From assembly GCA_964493715.1 (NCBI GenBank), contig CAZBPC010000008.1, forward strand, positions 9,714 to 73,713: a stretch of 64,000 nt of DNA, given 5' to 3'. Both the position numbers and the translations under genes were made by a program. The DNA comes from an uncultured archaeon (GTDB lineage Archaea > Asgardarchaeota > Lokiarchaeia > Sigyniarchaeales > SOKP01). Within the stretch, counting starts at the first letter, position 1. Each line of letters opens with the position of its first letter. The notes under the pieces are model-generated. The model did not search any database, was not told where the DNA came from, and saw only the letters and a program-made list of their open reading frames with translations. Below, one piece after another: positions 63,332-64,000 of the stretch.

Positions 63332-63523
63332 TTTAACCACAAAAACTTCCAGATCGTAGCGAGACCGGGTATTTTCCTTGGAGACCATGACCGTAAGCGA
63401 ACTTACAGCTTGAAAGTTCCCACAAATTGAAATTGAAGTACTATTTTCAACGCCAACAAGTTTAACTTCCGGGTTCGGATGGTTCCGGCGCTATGCGAAG
63501 CGCGTGGAAATTTTGTGGTTAAA
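63332..63523 (-). repeat. Processing stem (inverted repeat plus BHB-like motif) enclosing the permuted 5S
   Basis: TTTAACCACAAAATTTCCA (63523-63505) pairs with TGGAAGTTTTTGTGGTTAAA (63351-63332); TAGCG/CGCTA outer helix, CCGG/CCGG central helix, bulges AAC and TCT. Confidence 0.85.
63363..63482 (-). rRNA. rrf: Circularly permuted 5S rRNA (predicted 120-nt circular mature form)
   Basis: Minus strand reads CCATCCGAACCCGGAAGTTAAACTTG...AGTAC...GGGAAC...GCTGTAAG-TTCG-CTTACGGTCATGG...GGAAAATACCCGGTC: the 5S 3' half comes first and the 5' half second. Confidence 0.88.
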
Positions 63524-63698
63524 ATTACCACCTCTAACCACTTACTAAGCTCGGCTATTTTATGATTAAATGCTTTACTTATTTGGTTATGAGTAGGTAG
63601 AAATAATAAGAGCTAGTAATTAAAGTTTACCATCATGAAAGGTTAAATTTAAAAGGAATAATAAACCACGCACTAAATAGGTTCTCCGTGTATCAATT

Positions 63699-64000
63699 TC
63701 ATTCAAAAACACGCTTTTTCTTTAAACTAATGACACACGATAGCGATAAGAGTCCCGCAAGACCAATCAACATAATTAAAGTAATTATTAAAACATAATT
63801 AGACAGAGATGTAGCTATACTAAAATTAAAGGCATTATCGTAATATAATCGCGTTTTATTGCTAAAATCTCTAATAAGAACGGCGTAATCATATTCTCCT
63901 GGGTCCAATTTATTCAAGGTAAGAGTAAAGTTTTGAGCATTATCCAGAATTCCATTTGAAACCTGATAGGATTCAAAACTATTAAAGTTGTTTTGAGAAA
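63699..64000 (-). CDS. C-terminal part of a membrane-anchored surface protein (continues beyond the window)
   Basis: Frame open to the window end; L.PG.Y.Y.V...D...N Ig-like strand, TM helix and basic tail. Confidence 0.65.
   Translation of the reverse strand, partial: SQNNFNSFESYQVSNGILDNAQNFTLTLNKLDPGEYDYAVLIRDFSNKTRLYYDNAFNFSIATSLSNYVLIITLIMLIGLAGLLSLSCVISLKKKRVFE

Noticed and set aside
1-64000. CRISPR arrays, IS elements, integrases, selenoprotein TGA/SECIS
   Set aside because: No regularly spaced repeats, transposase or recombinase motifs, or in-frame TGA in a conserved frame were seen.

Overview
Low-GC archaeal chromosome segment that looks like an Asgard (Lokiarchaeia-like) genome. 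This is inferred from two Rab-like small GTPases, longin/roadblock-type proteins, a Loki-CTERM-like sorting tail, archaeal Spt5/Cdc48 and GTGA-type Shine-Dalgarno sites. Most genes are housekeeping or metabolic: feoAB, metV-metF, lpdA, a metE core, hsp20-cdc48-regulator, dapA/dapB/lysA/dapF, cdhD, Hrq1-like helicase, AOR and three acyl-CoA dehydrogenases. There is also a tRNA-Pro(TGG). Two RNA-level features, invisible to the ORF track, stand out. (1) A circularly permuted 5S rRNA gene (minus strand, ~63332-63523): the 3' half precedes the 5' half, helix I is capped by UUCG, and a bulge-helix-bulge-like motif predicts excision and ligation of a 120-nt circular 5S with a restored loop C. (2) A 32-nt bulge-helix-bulge intron (35853-35884) interrupts the protein-coding gene cdhD, and its removal restores the conserved DPTCATLGYG motif. 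Together they suggest tRNA-type splicing acting on both rRNA and mRNA. Also noted: three probable ATT start codons, two segments bounded by diverged gene-end duplicates, and mosaic acyl-CoA dehydrogenase paralogs. All product calls come from motif recognition by eye; no database searches were run.
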